44,502 bases of DNA from Patescibacteria group bacterium (GTDB lineage Bacteria; Patescibacteriota; Minisyncoccia; Portnoybacterales; UBA2143), in assembly GCA_018829245.1 (NCBI GenBank), contig JAHJUH010000067.1, positions 1 through 44,502 on the forward strand. The letters are read 5' to 3'. The position numbers were made by a program, and so were the translations under genes. Position 1 is the first letter of the stretch. Each line of letters starts with the position of its first letter. The notes beneath the pieces were generated by a model. The model was not told where the DNA came from. It ran no database searches and saw only the letters and a list, made by a program, of their open reading frames with translations. Shown here piece by piece: positions 30,879-40,818 of the stretch.

Positions 30879-31963
30879 CCTAAACGACAACACCTTTTAC
30901 AAATAGGCGTTAAATTATTCTTTAATAAATCCAATCTTAATTTCTTAAATTTATTATTGTTCCAAATCTGGCTTAGTGGCTGCTCCAGTAAATTTCCTAA
31001 TTTAGTTTTAATAATCGGACAGAAAATAATATTCCCTTGAGCATCAACTCGGCAAGCAAATAAATCCTTACATCCTACATCTACATTTTCTCTCAAAGAC
31101 CCATTAAAATAGAATAAGGAGTGTCTATCATAAACTCGTGGTTGAATCATAAAGCTGATACCTTTAATACTTCTTACCTTTTTTAATAATTTTTCTATTT
31201 TCTGATGAGAAAAACTATATTGCGTTTCTTCTTTTTCTTCAGTACTAATATCCTCTAAGGGAATACTGAGAGCCCTACTAGACATTAATATTTCTTGAGG
31301 AGTAGAAAAGATTTCAAACTGCCAGGAAAAATTTTGAACACCCTGTTTCTTAAAAATATCAACTATTTCTAATAATTGATCTAAATTTTCCTTAAAAAGA
31401 ACTGTATTAATGCTAACACTAAAATCTTGAGATAACATTTTTAAAGCCTGAGCTGTTCTTTCAAAAGCTGTTTCTGAACCTCTAATCATATTATGTGTCT
31501 CAGGTAAACCATCTATAGAAACACCAATACCTCTAACTGTCTTTTTAAGTTTTTTTAATTTCTTAACTCTTTCCTCATTCAATAAAGTGGCGTTAGTAGA
31601 TAAATGAACTTTTATCTTTCTTCTCTGACATTCTTCTAAAATCTCAAAAATATCAGGATGAACAAAAATTTCTCCACCAATAAAAGAAAGATAATTAACA
31701 GATGGGCCTAAATTATCTAAAATCTTACAAAAATCTTTAAAACTATAATCCGTTTTGATCAGCTTTCGGTCTTCTTTCTGAGTACACATTTTGCAATTAA
31801 GATTGCATTTAAGAGTCAATTCTATAGTTGCTGTTTTGGGTAGCTCGATATTTCCATCAGAAGCCATTTCTTGCTTATTAAAATGATAACTAACTTGCCT
31901 CGCTTTTTGAGCGAATTTCCATAAACCTAATTTCTTTAATGTTTTTTTGATTAATAATCTCAT
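30875..31963 (-). CDS. Radical SAM enzyme with twitch/SPASM domain
   Basis: CNLNCKMC, GGE, STNATLL, SIDG; C-terminal GC..DAQGNIIFC..GNL..IWN..CKRCC. Confidence 0.88.
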   Translation of the reverse strand: MRLLIKKTLKKLGLWKFAQKARQVSYHFNKQEMASDGNIELPKTATIELTLKCNLNCKMCTQKEDRKLIKTDYSFKDFCKILDNLGPSVNYLSFIGGEIFVHPDIFEILEECQRRKIKVHLSTNATLLNEERVKKLKKLKKTVRGIGVSIDGLPETHNMIRGSETAFERTAQALKMLSQDFSVSINTVLFKENLDQLLEIVDIFKKQGVQNFSWQFEIFSTPQEILMSSRALSIPLEDISTEEKEETQYSFSHQKIEKLLKKVRSIKGISFMIQPRVYDRHSLFYFNGSLRENVDVGCKDLFACRVDAQGNIIFCPIIKTKLGNLLEQPLSQIWNNNKFKKLRLDLLKNNLTPICKRCCRLG

Positions 31964-32610
31964 TTTTTAGCAATAACAAAGTAACTTATAGGACAAGGAT
32001 GTAATTTTTTAATTTTTTTAGGAATTAACTTATCAAGCAATAATGCTTTAGCAAAAGCAAAAAAACGAATGAAATTAAAAATGAAAAAACTATGCCATAA
32101 ATTAACTCCAGCTGAAAATCTTTCGCCCAAAGGAATAATTTCGAAATTAGAAAAACCACTTCCTTCTAATAACTTTGTCAGGCCTTGAGAGGTCAATCTT
32201 CGATAATCATTTGGCTCTGGTGCTTCATTGTTTATCAAAGGAGAATTAAAGAAAAAAATTCCGCCTGGCTTTAAAACTCTACGAATTTCCCTTAATAGAT
32301 TTTTTGGCTCCTCAATGATATAGATAGCATTAAATAAAAAGATGTTATCAGCATGATTATCTTTAAAAGGAAGATCGTGATTCAAGTTAGCTACTACATC
32401 AACACCTTCTTTCTCCTTGTAATCAACCTTAATAACCTTATTCTTATCTAGTCCCCAATAACGATAATAACTTGGATTACTGCCAGCTGCTAAATCAATA
32501 GAAATCCCTTTTAGATTCTGACAATGTTTTTGAACTTGCCAGTTAAATAGAATCCGACCTAAACTTTTGCCAGTAAAAACTTCTTTAGTAAAATTGAAAA
32601 ATTTATTCAT
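31960..32610 (-). CDS. Class I SAM-dependent methyltransferase
   Basis: IDLAAG, LPFKDN, RVLKPGG, PNDYRR. Confidence 0.8.
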   Translation of the reverse strand: MNKFFNFTKEVFTGKSLGRILFNWQVQKHCQNLKGISIDLAAGSNPSYYRYWGLDKNKVIKVDYKEKEGVDVVANLNHDLPFKDNHADNIFLFNAIYIIEEPKNLLREIRRVLKPGGIFFFNSPLINNEAPEPNDYRRLTSQGLTKLLEGSGFSNFEIIPLGERFSAGVNLWHSFFIFNFIRFFAFAKALLLDKLIPKKIKKLHPCPISYFVIAKK

Positions 32611-33374
32611 ATATTTAAATTAAATTTAAATTTTGTTTTAAACTCTTCAAAATTAGTTTTTGAATTAATTGATTGACGAGGTAATTTGAATAAATCTACA
32701 TTTTCACTCACTAAACCACTCTTAATGGTTAATCCAGCCTTAAAACCAGACTCTTTTAAAATGTCGACCACTTCTTGATTAAAATTTCCTCGAGGATAAG
32801 CAAAAAAATTACATTTTTTATTAAGCTTTTCTTGAACAATTCTTTTTGATTCTTCTATTTCTCTTTTAGCTTCCATTGGGTTAATTTGACTTAATTCTGA
32901 ATGAGTCAAAGTATGTGGTTGAAAATCAATTAAGCCCGATTGATCCATTTCCTGTATTTGCGGCCAATTAAGCATATCTAAAACAATTTTTTGAGAATCA
33001 CCTATTTTCTGATCAATTAAATCAACTGCTAAAAATATAGTAACTGGGAAATCATATTCTTTAAGAATTGGCCAAACATTAGAATGGTTATTTTGATATC
33101 CATCATCAAAAGTTAAAACAACTGTCTTTTTGGGAATAACTTGTTTTTTTTCTATCCATTCAACTAATTGGCTTAAACTAATAATATTAAACTTCTTTCT
33201 TTTTAAGTATTCTATCTGTCTAATAAATTCTTTTGATTCAACATTAAAAAACAAATTGTTTTCACCTACAGAATGATACATCAAAATTGTTGCCTTGTTA
33301 GAATAAGGTTTTAAAAATAAGAGATAATTAAGACAAAAATAAATAATGTTTTTGATGACTCTTTTTATTCTCAT
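32607..33374 (-). CDS. Polysaccharide deacetylase (CE4/NodB domain)
   Basis: ILMYH, VLTFDDG, HTLTH, FAYPRG. Confidence 0.9.
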   Translation of the reverse strand: MRIKRVIKNIIYFCLNYLLFLKPYSNKATILMYHSVGENNLFFNVESKEFIRQIEYLKRKKFNIISLSQLVEWIEKKQVIPKKTVVLTFDDGYQNNHSNVWPILKEYDFPVTIFLAVDLIDQKIGDSQKIVLDMLNWPQIQEMDQSGLIDFQPHTLTHSELSQINPMEAKREIEESKRIVQEKLNKKCNFFAYPRGNFNQEVVDILKESGFKAGLTIKSGLVSENVDLFKLPRQSINSKTNFEEFKTKFKFNLNI

Positions 33375-34382
33375 TTATTTAAATTTTAACCAACTAGGAG
33401 GCAAATTTTTTAAGATTTCAATATTAGCGAACGGTTTAATCTGTTTAACTTCTACTTCCTTTGCCCATTGAGTCATTTCTTCTATGCCTTGTTCTAAATT
33501 AATTTTATCCTGATAATTTAAGATATTTTTTACTCTTTTATGATCTGAATAAGCGTATTTGACTTCACTTCTCTCTAATAAATGGTTAATTCTAGTTTTC
33601 TTTCCCATAGCCTTAAATACCAGATCAGCTAATCTATTAACCGTTACCGCTTGATCAGTACCAATGTTAAAAACTTGGTTATATGCTTTTGGTTTAAATA
33701 TTGATTCAGCTATAACTGATGATATGTCTTTGATGTGAGTAAAAGCTCTTTTTTGTTTACCATCACCAAAAATAGTTATTGGTAAATTTTGCATGATTTG
33801 ATTTATAAAAATACCTACCACATTACGATACTTGTCGCTAAGATTCTGTCTTGAACCATAAACATTATGAGGACGAAAAATGATATGATTTAAACCAAAC
33901 ATTTCTTGACTAACTCTTAATTCCATTTCAACCGCATATTTAGCAATACCATACGAATCTTCAGGCTCAGGTATCATTTCTTCAATCATTGGAACTTGGC
34001 CTGGACCATAAACTGCGATTGATGAAGTAAAAACAAAACATTTAACATTATGATTGACTGAAGCGTTAATAAGATTAACGCTACCAACTAAATTATTTTG
34101 ATAGTTATAGTGTTTTATAAAATGGCTTAAACCCTCAGCTGCATAGGCCGCTAAATGAAAAACATAATCAAATTTATTCTCTTTAAATAATTTATTGATC
34201 AATTTGACATCATTAATGCTCCCCTTAACAAATTTAGCCTTAGGATTAACGTTTCTCTTAAAGCCACCACTTAAATCATCTAAAACAATCACTTCCTGGC
34301 CTAATTTGATTAATTCATCGGCTACATAAGAACCAATAAAACCAGCTCCTCCGGTTACTAATACTTTATTTTTCTTTTTCAT
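33375..34382 (-). CDS. NAD-dependent nucleotide-sugar epimerase/dehydratase (extended SDR)
   Basis: VTGGAGFIGS, HLAA, TSSIAVYG, YGIAK (YxxxK), NVYG, FGDGKQKRAF. Confidence 0.92.
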   Translation of the reverse strand: MKKKNKVLVTGGAGFIGSYVADELIKLGQEVIVLDDLSGGFKRNVNPKAKFVKGSINDVKLINKLFKENKFDYVFHLAAYAAEGLSHFIKHYNYQNNLVGSVNLINASVNHNVKCFVFTSSIAVYGPGQVPMIEEMIPEPEDSYGIAKYAVEMELRVSQEMFGLNHIIFRPHNVYGSRQNLSDKYRNVVGIFINQIMQNLPITIFGDGKQKRAFTHIKDISSVIAESIFKPKAYNQVFNIGTDQAVTVNRLADLVFKAMGKKTRINHLLERSEVKYAYSDHKRVKNILNYQDKINLEQGIEEMTQWAKEVEVKQIKPFANIEILKNLPPSWLKFK

Positions 34383-35427
34383 ATTTTTTTAAAATGTTTA
34401 ATAATTCTAATCCTAAAACGCTAGGACAAAATTTCTTTTTATACAAATCATACCCTTGTCTAGCTAATTTTTCTCTTAATTCTTGATTGTTTTTTAACTC
34501 TAAAATTTTGTTGGCCAAACTTTGAGCATTAGCAATCTGACAAAAAGCTAATTCTTGATTATCTCTAAACGCTTCCATCATTGCCAATGTGTTAGCTGTA
34601 ATAACTGGTTTTCTCATTGCTATGCATTCGTACAATTTATTTGGGATAACTCTCTTAGCTTTAATTGTATCACCAAATATACCTAAACAAATATCTGATT
34701 GAGCAATATATTCCGAAACTTCTTCTACTGGGATAAGATCGACTAATTCTATTCTATCTTGAAGATTAAAATACTCTATTTTCTCCTTAATATTTTTATA
34801 TTCTTGACCATTGCCAATCAAACGAAAAAAGATATTTTCATCTTTTAAAATATTAGCTGCTTCAATAATATACTTAACACCTTGAAGAGGAATATATGTA
34901 CCGTGGAAGTGAACTATAAATTTATCCCGATCTTTTTCAACTATTCTTGGATAAAAAGTAGCATCGTCAGCCCCAATAAAAATACGATTAAACTTAGATG
35001 ATTTTATATTAAATGTCTTAATAAAATAATTTATATGTTCGTTAGTATCTAATAAAATCTCGTCAGCTAATTTACAAGACAACCAATCAAAGAACCAATA
35101 GTATTTTGCTTTTAAGCTCTTTTTTGGAACCAATTTCCTATCAAGAACCATGGAATCATAAAGTGATAAAAAAGCATCAAAAACTATCTTCTTCCGACAA
35201 ATTAATTTAGCTAAAGGAACTATCGTCTGGCCGGGAAACCCAACAACTATAATATCAATTTTTTTTCTTAATTTCCAATATTGTTTAATTAAATCAAAGT
35301 ACTTAGATAACGAATGTTTTTTGCTATTACATTCAATAACCTCAACTCCATTTTTTTTTAAACCAGAAATTAGAATTTTATTTCTAGCATAATCTTTATT
35401 GTAGATACCAAAATAGCAAATAACCAT
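34366..35427 (-). CDS. GT4 glycosyltransferase
   Basis: GT-B features: HFHG..PLQG, DICLGIFG, IPNKLYE, PVIT. Confidence 0.85.
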   Translation of the reverse strand: MVICYFGIYNKDYARNKILISGLKKNGVEVIECNSKKHSLSKYFDLIKQYWKLRKKIDIIVVGFPGQTIVPLAKLICRKKIVFDAFLSLYDSMVLDRKLVPKKSLKAKYYWFFDWLSCKLADEILLDTNEHINYFIKTFNIKSSKFNRIFIGADDATFYPRIVEKDRDKFIVHFHGTYIPLQGVKYIIEAANILKDENIFFRLIGNGQEYKNIKEKIEYFNLQDRIELVDLIPVEEVSEYIAQSDICLGIFGDTIKAKRVIPNKLYECIAMRKPVITANTLAMMEAFRDNQELAFCQIANAQSLANKILELKNNQELREKLARQGYDLYKKKFCPSVLGLELLNILKKYEKEK

Positions 35428-35429
35428 AT

Positions 35430-36473
35430 TTATTTATAAAGCTTAATAATTCTACCAATTAAATTATCTAAGTTATGATTTTTAACAACTTGTTCTCTTA
35501 AGAACAAGCCTATTCCTTTTAATTGATTACTATTGATTAACTTAAGTATTTTTTGAGATAAATCTTTAGCATCCTTTTCTTTAAAAAGCATCTTGTCTAC
35601 AAAGGGACCTAAATCAGATGCAAAAGTTTTATTACAAACTAAAACTGGCAAACCAGAAGCCATTGATTCAAGAACTGCTTTATCAGGCGAACCAGTTGGA
35701 CAAAGATTAATTGATAAATCTGATTCTTGATAATATCTTGGCAATTCTTGATTGGGGATTAAGCCCTTAAATCTAATAACCTTATCTAACCCTTTATTCT
35801 TAACCATCCATTTTAGCTTATCAAAATATATTTCCTGTTTCTTTATACCCGGCCCACCAATAATATCAACTTTAATATCTATCTTGTCGCGAATAATTTC
35901 GATTGCTTCAATTAAAGTTTCGTAATTTTTAATAGGAGAGATTCTGCCTACAGAAATTACTCTAAAAATATCGTTTTTATTTTTTTGCTCAGCTGGTTTA
36001 AATAATTCCGTATCAATACCATGTCCAACAACTACTTTCTTATCTGACTTTAAACCAAATCCTTCCTGGGTTGGAGTAATAATCTTTTCAGCAAAAAAAG
36101 CCATTAATTTAACTCGCCAATTAATTGCCTTGTGCGAATACCAAGAAACAATTTTTTTCCTACGAAGTTTAGCCAAAGGACCAATTAAAATTGTATATTC
36201 TGGATTTTGATGACAGAAAACACCATCAACTTTTCCAATAAACTTAAAAGCACCTCTATAAAAATTAATGAATTCTCTTAATTTATTCTTACCATTTTCT
36301 TTACCTAAAGAAAAAACTTCAACATTATTAGATAATCCTTTAGTATTTCCTTTTTCTAAGCAAATTACCTTTAAAACATCTACTTGCTGCCCCATCTTCT
36401 TAACCCAACCATAAGTAAATCCAGCTTGGGCATCGTCCCTATCAACTTTTCTTGTGATCATTAGTAATTTCAT
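35430..36473 (-). CDS. GT4 glycosyltransferase
   Basis: GHGID, SVGRISPIK, DKAVLESMASGLPV. Confidence 0.9.
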   Translation of the reverse strand: MKLLMITRKVDRDDAQAGFTYGWVKKMGQQVDVLKVICLEKGNTKGLSNNVEVFSLGKENGKNKLREFINFYRGAFKFIGKVDGVFCHQNPEYTILIGPLAKLRRKKIVSWYSHKAINWRVKLMAFFAEKIITPTQEGFGLKSDKKVVVGHGIDTELFKPAEQKNKNDIFRVISVGRISPIKNYETLIEAIEIIRDKIDIKVDIIGGPGIKKQEIYFDKLKWMVKNKGLDKVIRFKGLIPNQELPRYYQESDLSINLCPTGSPDKAVLESMASGLPVLVCNKTFASDLGPFVDKMLFKEKDAKDLSQKILKLINSNQLKGIGLFLREQVVKNHNLDNLIGRIIKLYK

Positions 36474-37048
36474 TTGATTAAATATATATGATAACCGGAT
36501 GGTTGTTGTCCGGAAAAAAACTTATCGAAAAATCTAATTAATGGGGTTAAAATTCTTATCTTTCTTAAGGGAGTTAAATTAAAAACTGTTTCTAAATTTC
36601 CTCGGACTGGACAAATTTCTATTGAATTAAAATCTCTAAATAAATACTTGATTCCATCCTTTGTATATCGATAATAGTCTTTATAACCACCCTTATGAGC
36701 ATGATAAGGATATAAAAAAGGAACATAAACAAGACATTTACCACTATCTTTTAAAACTCGGTAAATTTCTTTAGCTGCTTTCCCCGGTTCTTTAACATGC
36801 TCTAAAACGGCTTTACAAATAATAGCATCAACTGATTTATCTTCAAGAGGAAGATTACAAACATCACCAATAATATCTGGTTGATAACTTGCTTCGATAT
36901 CTAAGGTCTTGTAATCACTGTTTTTAAAAAGTTCTTGATATTTATCTAAATCTTTTTGAAAACGAAAACCACCACCAATATCTAAAATCTTCTTTTCTTT
37001 GGCAATTTCCTTTATCTTATCATCAAAGAATTTTTCCCACTTAATCAT
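36470..37048 (-). CDS. Class I SAM-dependent methyltransferase
   Basis: Start corrected to the ATGA-coupled 37048; ILDIGGG, VDAIICKAVLEH, RVLKDSG, PFLYPYH, DYYRYT. Confidence 0.85.
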   Translation of the reverse strand: MIKWEKFFDDKIKEIAKEKKILDIGGGFRFQKDLDKYQELFKNSDYKTLDIEASYQPDIIGDVCNLPLEDKSVDAIICKAVLEHVKEPGKAAKEIYRVLKDSGKCLVYVPFLYPYHAHKGGYKDYYRYTKDGIKYLFRDFNSIEICPVRGNLETVFNLTPLRKIRILTPLIRFFDKFFSGQQPSGYHIYLIK

Positions 37049-38175
37049 ATTAGATCCTTCCAAAAACTAACTATTTTACCAATAATCTTTTCTTGATTGA
37101 ATCTTTCTTTAACCATTACTTTACCAGCTTGGGCTATTTCCTCAGCTTTATCTGGATTATTAAGTAAATAAAGAACCTTTTTAGCCAAAGCTTCGCTATC
37201 ACCAATCGGTACTAAAAATCCATTGACTCCATCTTTAATTACTTCCTTGGAACCAGTTGTCTCTGTAGCCACGACAGGAAGCCCAGAGGCCATAGCTTCG
37301 ACTAAAACCTTACCAAAGCTCTCTGAGCAAGAAGAAGAGACATAAACATCTGAAGCGTGATAATAGTTAATTAAATCTTCTTGTTTAATTTTTTTAACCG
37401 AATTTAAGATTAAATTATCATCCCCTTTAATTTTACCTGTTAAAGAGATATTAGCTCCTAATTGCCAAAAAGCAAGTTTTTTGTAGTCCTCATAAACTAA
37501 TTCAATCGTTTTATACAATGTCTTATAATCCTTAGAAGGATCTTTTCGTCCGACATTAATAATCGTTTTATGATTCTTATTCTTTAATCTTAACTTATTA
37601 ACTTTTTTCTCATCATATTTTTCAAATTTTTCTACATTAACTGGCGTTGGAATAACTCTAATTTTTTTATTAGGAACACCAACTTTGATTAATTTGTCTT
37701 TAATCCCAGAACTGACAACTCGAACTCCATCAGCTCCACTAACAACAAACTTACTTAATAAAAGAAAAAACCAATTAAACCACCAACGTCCTTTTTCAAA
37801 AAGCCAATATTTATTATTCCAAAAATCACCATGAAAATGGACTAACAAAGGAATCTTAAATCTTTTTTTAACAAACCAACCTGCTAATCCAGTTAAAAAG
37901 GGATCTTGGCAAACAATCAAATCATATTTATCTGGCCAATAAATTCTTTTAGCTATTTCAAAAGCATCAAGAATGTAATTTATCTTATTTTTTGAATTAG
38001 TTGGATGAACCTTTAGATTCTGACCAAATTCTTTCTTTTTAAAACCTTTTTTAGTAAAAACAATAATATCCAATTGCCCAGCTTCTTGAGCATATTTTTG
38101 ATGGCGTTCTAAAACATCGCCGCTATAATCGGCGCCTAATAAAGTCCTATCAATGCTAATCATTAAAATTCTCAT
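37045..38175 (-). CDS. GT4 glycosyltransferase
   Basis: QDPF, HFHGD, NVGR..SK, ESFGKVLVEAMASGLPV. Confidence 0.92.
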   Translation of the reverse strand: MRILMISIDRTLLGADYSGDVLERHQKYAQEAGQLDIIVFTKKGFKKKEFGQNLKVHPTNSKNKINYILDAFEIAKRIYWPDKYDLIVCQDPFLTGLAGWFVKKRFKIPLLVHFHGDFWNNKYWLFEKGRWWFNWFFLLLSKFVVSGADGVRVVSSGIKDKLIKVGVPNKKIRVIPTPVNVEKFEKYDEKKVNKLRLKNKNHKTIINVGRKDPSKDYKTLYKTIELVYEDYKKLAFWQLGANISLTGKIKGDDNLILNSVKKIKQEDLINYYHASDVYVSSSCSESFGKVLVEAMASGLPVVATETTGSKEVIKDGVNGFLVPIGDSEALAKKVLYLLNNPDKAEEIAQAGKVMVKERFNQEKIIGKIVSFWKDLI

Positions 38176-39656
38176 GTTTTTGTGACAAACCTTTTAGCTA
38201 ATTTATAATCCCAAGGAAGCCAGAAACATTTCATTTTCCATCTTAACTGACATAATAATACAAAAAAAAGTTTTAAAAGCTTATTTACTTTAATGGTTGA
38301 ACCCATAGCACTTTCGATTGAATGAGCTCCAAATCTGACATAGGCCTCTAATGATTCTATAAACCCAGGGTTATCAAGCCAAGGAAATTTACTGATATCT
38401 AAATAATTTAATTCATCTTTAACTGTTTCTCCCCACTGATCTAGTGATTCAGGTTCTTGCCAGCCCACGGCTAAGCATTCTTTGTAAAGTTCTGAACCAG
38501 GATAAGGTCTAAAAGCCTGAGGCCCTAAAATTTGAACCTGATCGCCTAATTTAACTAACTCATCAATTAATTCTAATGTTTCCATTACTTCACTTCTAGT
38601 TTCGCCCGGTAAACCAGCCATAAAGGAATATTGGGGAATAATTCCATACTTTAAACACATCTTAGCTGAATTGATTACATCTTCGGGCATAATGTCTTTC
38701 TTAATTTTTTTTAAAATACGAGGACAACCTGATTCTGCACCAAAAGACAGTAGATAGCAACCAGATTCTTTTAACTTTTTAATAAATTCTTCATCAATTA
38801 TTCCTTCTCTTAAATAATTAGCCCGAACAGTTGTTTCCCAGGGTGTAATTAAATCTTCTTCTATCATTCCATTAATAATCTGTTTAGCTCTTTTAATATC
38901 AACAAAAAAGTTTTCATCCCAAAAACGAAGTTTTTTTGCTTTCCCGCCCTGAAAGGGCGAGGTCTCGCCTTTGGCGGAAAAATATTCTTTGTTTTTTATT
39001 ATCCTTATATCTTCTAGAACTTGCTCAGCTGTTCTTGTCCGCCAATGGTTTTTAAGAATAGCGTTGATACAAAAAGTACAGCGATGAGGACAACCTCGAG
39101 AAGTTAAAGAAGGAATTAAATGAAGATTTTCTAAAATTTCTTTAGGCACTAACTCCCAATTAAAAAGAGGCATTTGAGCTGGATCATGTAATTCTCGTGG
39201 TTGGTTAATAATAACCTCATCTCCTGATTGATAGGCAATCCCTTTAATATCATTTAGAGATTTACCATTAACAATATCCAACATAGTTAACTCACCTTCG
39301 CCATAACAGACCATATCAATCAAAAAATGACTAGCTGTTTGTTTAATAAAGAAACTCGGGTGAGGACCACCCCAAATAACCTGACAATCAGAGTTATTTT
39401 CTTTAACTAAACGAGATAATTCTAGGGCCTCTGGAATTTGTGTCGTCATAACTGAAATTCCGACATAATCACAATCTTTAACTTTTTCTTTAACTAAATC
39501 TAAATAATTTTTCTGCCTGACCCCGTCAATGATCTCCACCTTAATATTATAAAAATCTAAATATGTAGCAATACTTAATAATCCAACGGAAATAGAGCTA
39601 TCGTAATTCTCCTTATTAATATTAAAAGCCGGATTGATTAGTAAAACTTTAGACAT
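38172..39656 (-). CDS. Cobalamin-binding radical SAM enzyme (RS-B12 #6) with an in-frame palindromic insertion
   Basis: Start corrected to 39656 (MSKVLLINP); WGGPH, GEGE, SRGCPHRCTFC, DENF, GAESG, GLPGET. Confidence 0.92.
   Translation of the reverse strand: MSKVLLINPAFNINKENYDSSISVGLLSIATYLDFYNIKVEIIDGVRQKNYLDLVKEKVKDCDYVGISVMTTQIPEALELSRLVKENNSDCQVIWGGPHPSFFIKQTASHFLIDMVCYGEGELTMLDIVNGKSLNDIKGIAYQSGDEVIINQPRELHDPAQMPLFNWELVPKEILENLHLIPSLTSRGCPHRCTFCINAILKNHWRTRTAEQVLEDIRIIKNKEYFSAKGETSPFQGGKAKKLRFWDENFFVDIKRAKQIINGMIEEDLITPWETTVRANYLREGIIDEEFIKKLKESGCYLLSFGAESGCPRILKKIKKDIMPEDVINSAKMCLKYGIIPQYSFMAGLPGETRSEVMETLELIDELVKLGDQVQILGPQAFRPYPGSELYKECLAVGWQEPESLDQWGETVKDELNYLDISKFPWLDNPGFIESLEAYVRFGAHSIESAMGSTIKVNKLLKLFFVLLCQLRWKMKCFWLPWDYKLAKRFVTKT
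38943..38978. repeat. 36-bp GC-rich nested-hairpin element, in frame within RS-B12 #6
   Basis: cccgccctgaaagggcgaggtctcgcctttggcgga contains the stems cgccct/agggcg, ggcgag/ctcgcc and cgcc/ggcg. It encodes SAKGETSPFQGG, which is absent from the six paralogs. Confidence 0.8.
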
Positions 39657-39657
39657 A

Positions 39658-40818
39658 TTACAAATTCTCAAAAATCATTACTGTTTCTTTAACTAGATCG
39701 TCCCAAGAAAATCTTTTTAAATCTTCCTTGGCATTACTAACCAATCGATTAGCTAGTTCTTGATCATCTAGAATTCGACTAATCGCTTTAAACCATTGTC
39801 CTTTATCCCGATAATCAACTAATAATCCCGTTTGACCGTTTTTAATTGTCTCTAGATTACCACCAGCTTTAGTGGTGATAACAGGTATCCCCACCTTCAT
39901 GGCCTCCAAAATAACAAAGGACATTCCTTCATAATTTGTATTTAAAACAAAAACATCAGCCATTTTTAAATAAGCAACAACTAATTGACGGCTAATCCGA
40001 CCAACAAAAAAAACATTTTCCTCTACATCTAAATCAAGAACTAATTTTTCTAAATTCTTCCTTTCTGGACCCTCGCTAATAATGACGAATTTAATATCTC
40101 CATATTTCTCAATAAGTCGAGGCATAATTTTGATCAACATATCAACACCCTTCCAAGGGGTTAAGCGAGCATTAGTTAGAATAACTCGTCCAGAAATATT
40201 AAGTTCTTTTTTTAAATCTACTTTCAAATCATCGTTTAAATCTAAAAAATCAACTGAGTTGTAAATTACTTTAATTTTCTCCTCGGCTACCCCAATTTTT
40301 TGAGCTAAATCTTTAAGAAAATTACTGACAACAATGACTTTATCAGAATTAAGTAAAATCTTTTTTCTAATTTTTTTACGCTTTTCAATTAAATGAGAGT
40401 ATTGCTTATCCTGAAAAGTTAAAATATCATCTGTAGTTATTCCCTGACTTAAAGCCGTTTCCCAAGCTGAATCACCAACAAACCTAGTCACCAACTTCTT
40501 ACCCAAAAATCTTTTGATCAATAGGGCGGTTAAGCCAGCTGTATATAAATCCTGGTTGTAAATAATATCTGATTTTAAAGCCAACCAAAAACCTTTGATT
40601 AAATAAAGAAAACTTTTTAAAAAAGAAGGCCATTTATCAGAAATAACTTTAACTGAATAAGGATATTTTTTTGCTTCATTTTTATTACCGAAAGTTAAAA
40701 CAGTTACCTGATAACCACGTTCAATAAGATCTTTATTAAGCTCCTTTAATAAGGTTGGTGGTCCACCAACTCCTTTTAAGAAAACTCCAGTTAAAATTAG
40801 AATTCTATTATTTCTCAT
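39658..40818 (-). CDS. GT4 glycosyltransferase
   Basis: VGGP, GDSAWE, ARLTPWKG, EGMSFVILEAM. Confidence 0.92.
   Translation of the reverse strand: MRNNRILILTGVFLKGVGGPPTLLKELNKDLIERGYQVTVLTFGNKNEAKKYPYSVKVISDKWPSFLKSFLYLIKGFWLALKSDIIYNQDLYTAGLTALLIKRFLGKKLVTRFVGDSAWETALSQGITTDDILTFQDKQYSHLIEKRKKIRKKILLNSDKVIVVSNFLKDLAQKIGVAEEKIKVIYNSVDFLDLNDDLKVDLKKELNISGRVILTNARLTPWKGVDMLIKIMPRLIEKYGDIKFVIISEGPERKNLEKLVLDLDVEENVFFVGRISRQLVVAYLKMADVFVLNTNYEGMSFVILEAMKVGIPVITTKAGGNLETIKNGQTGLLVDYRDKGQWFKAISRILDDQELANRLVSNAKEDLKRFSWDDLVKETVMIFENL

Noticed and set aside
35351..35359. Poly-T/A tracts (also near 4466, 5455, 9520, 10420) as phase-variation switches
   Set aside because: Runs of 8-9 A/T are expected at this AT content and the affected genes are in frame.
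38118..38134. Small hairpin cgccg-ctataat-cggcg with TATAAT in the loop
   Set aside because: 5-bp stem within ordinary coding sequence, with no sign of insertion or relation to the other elements.
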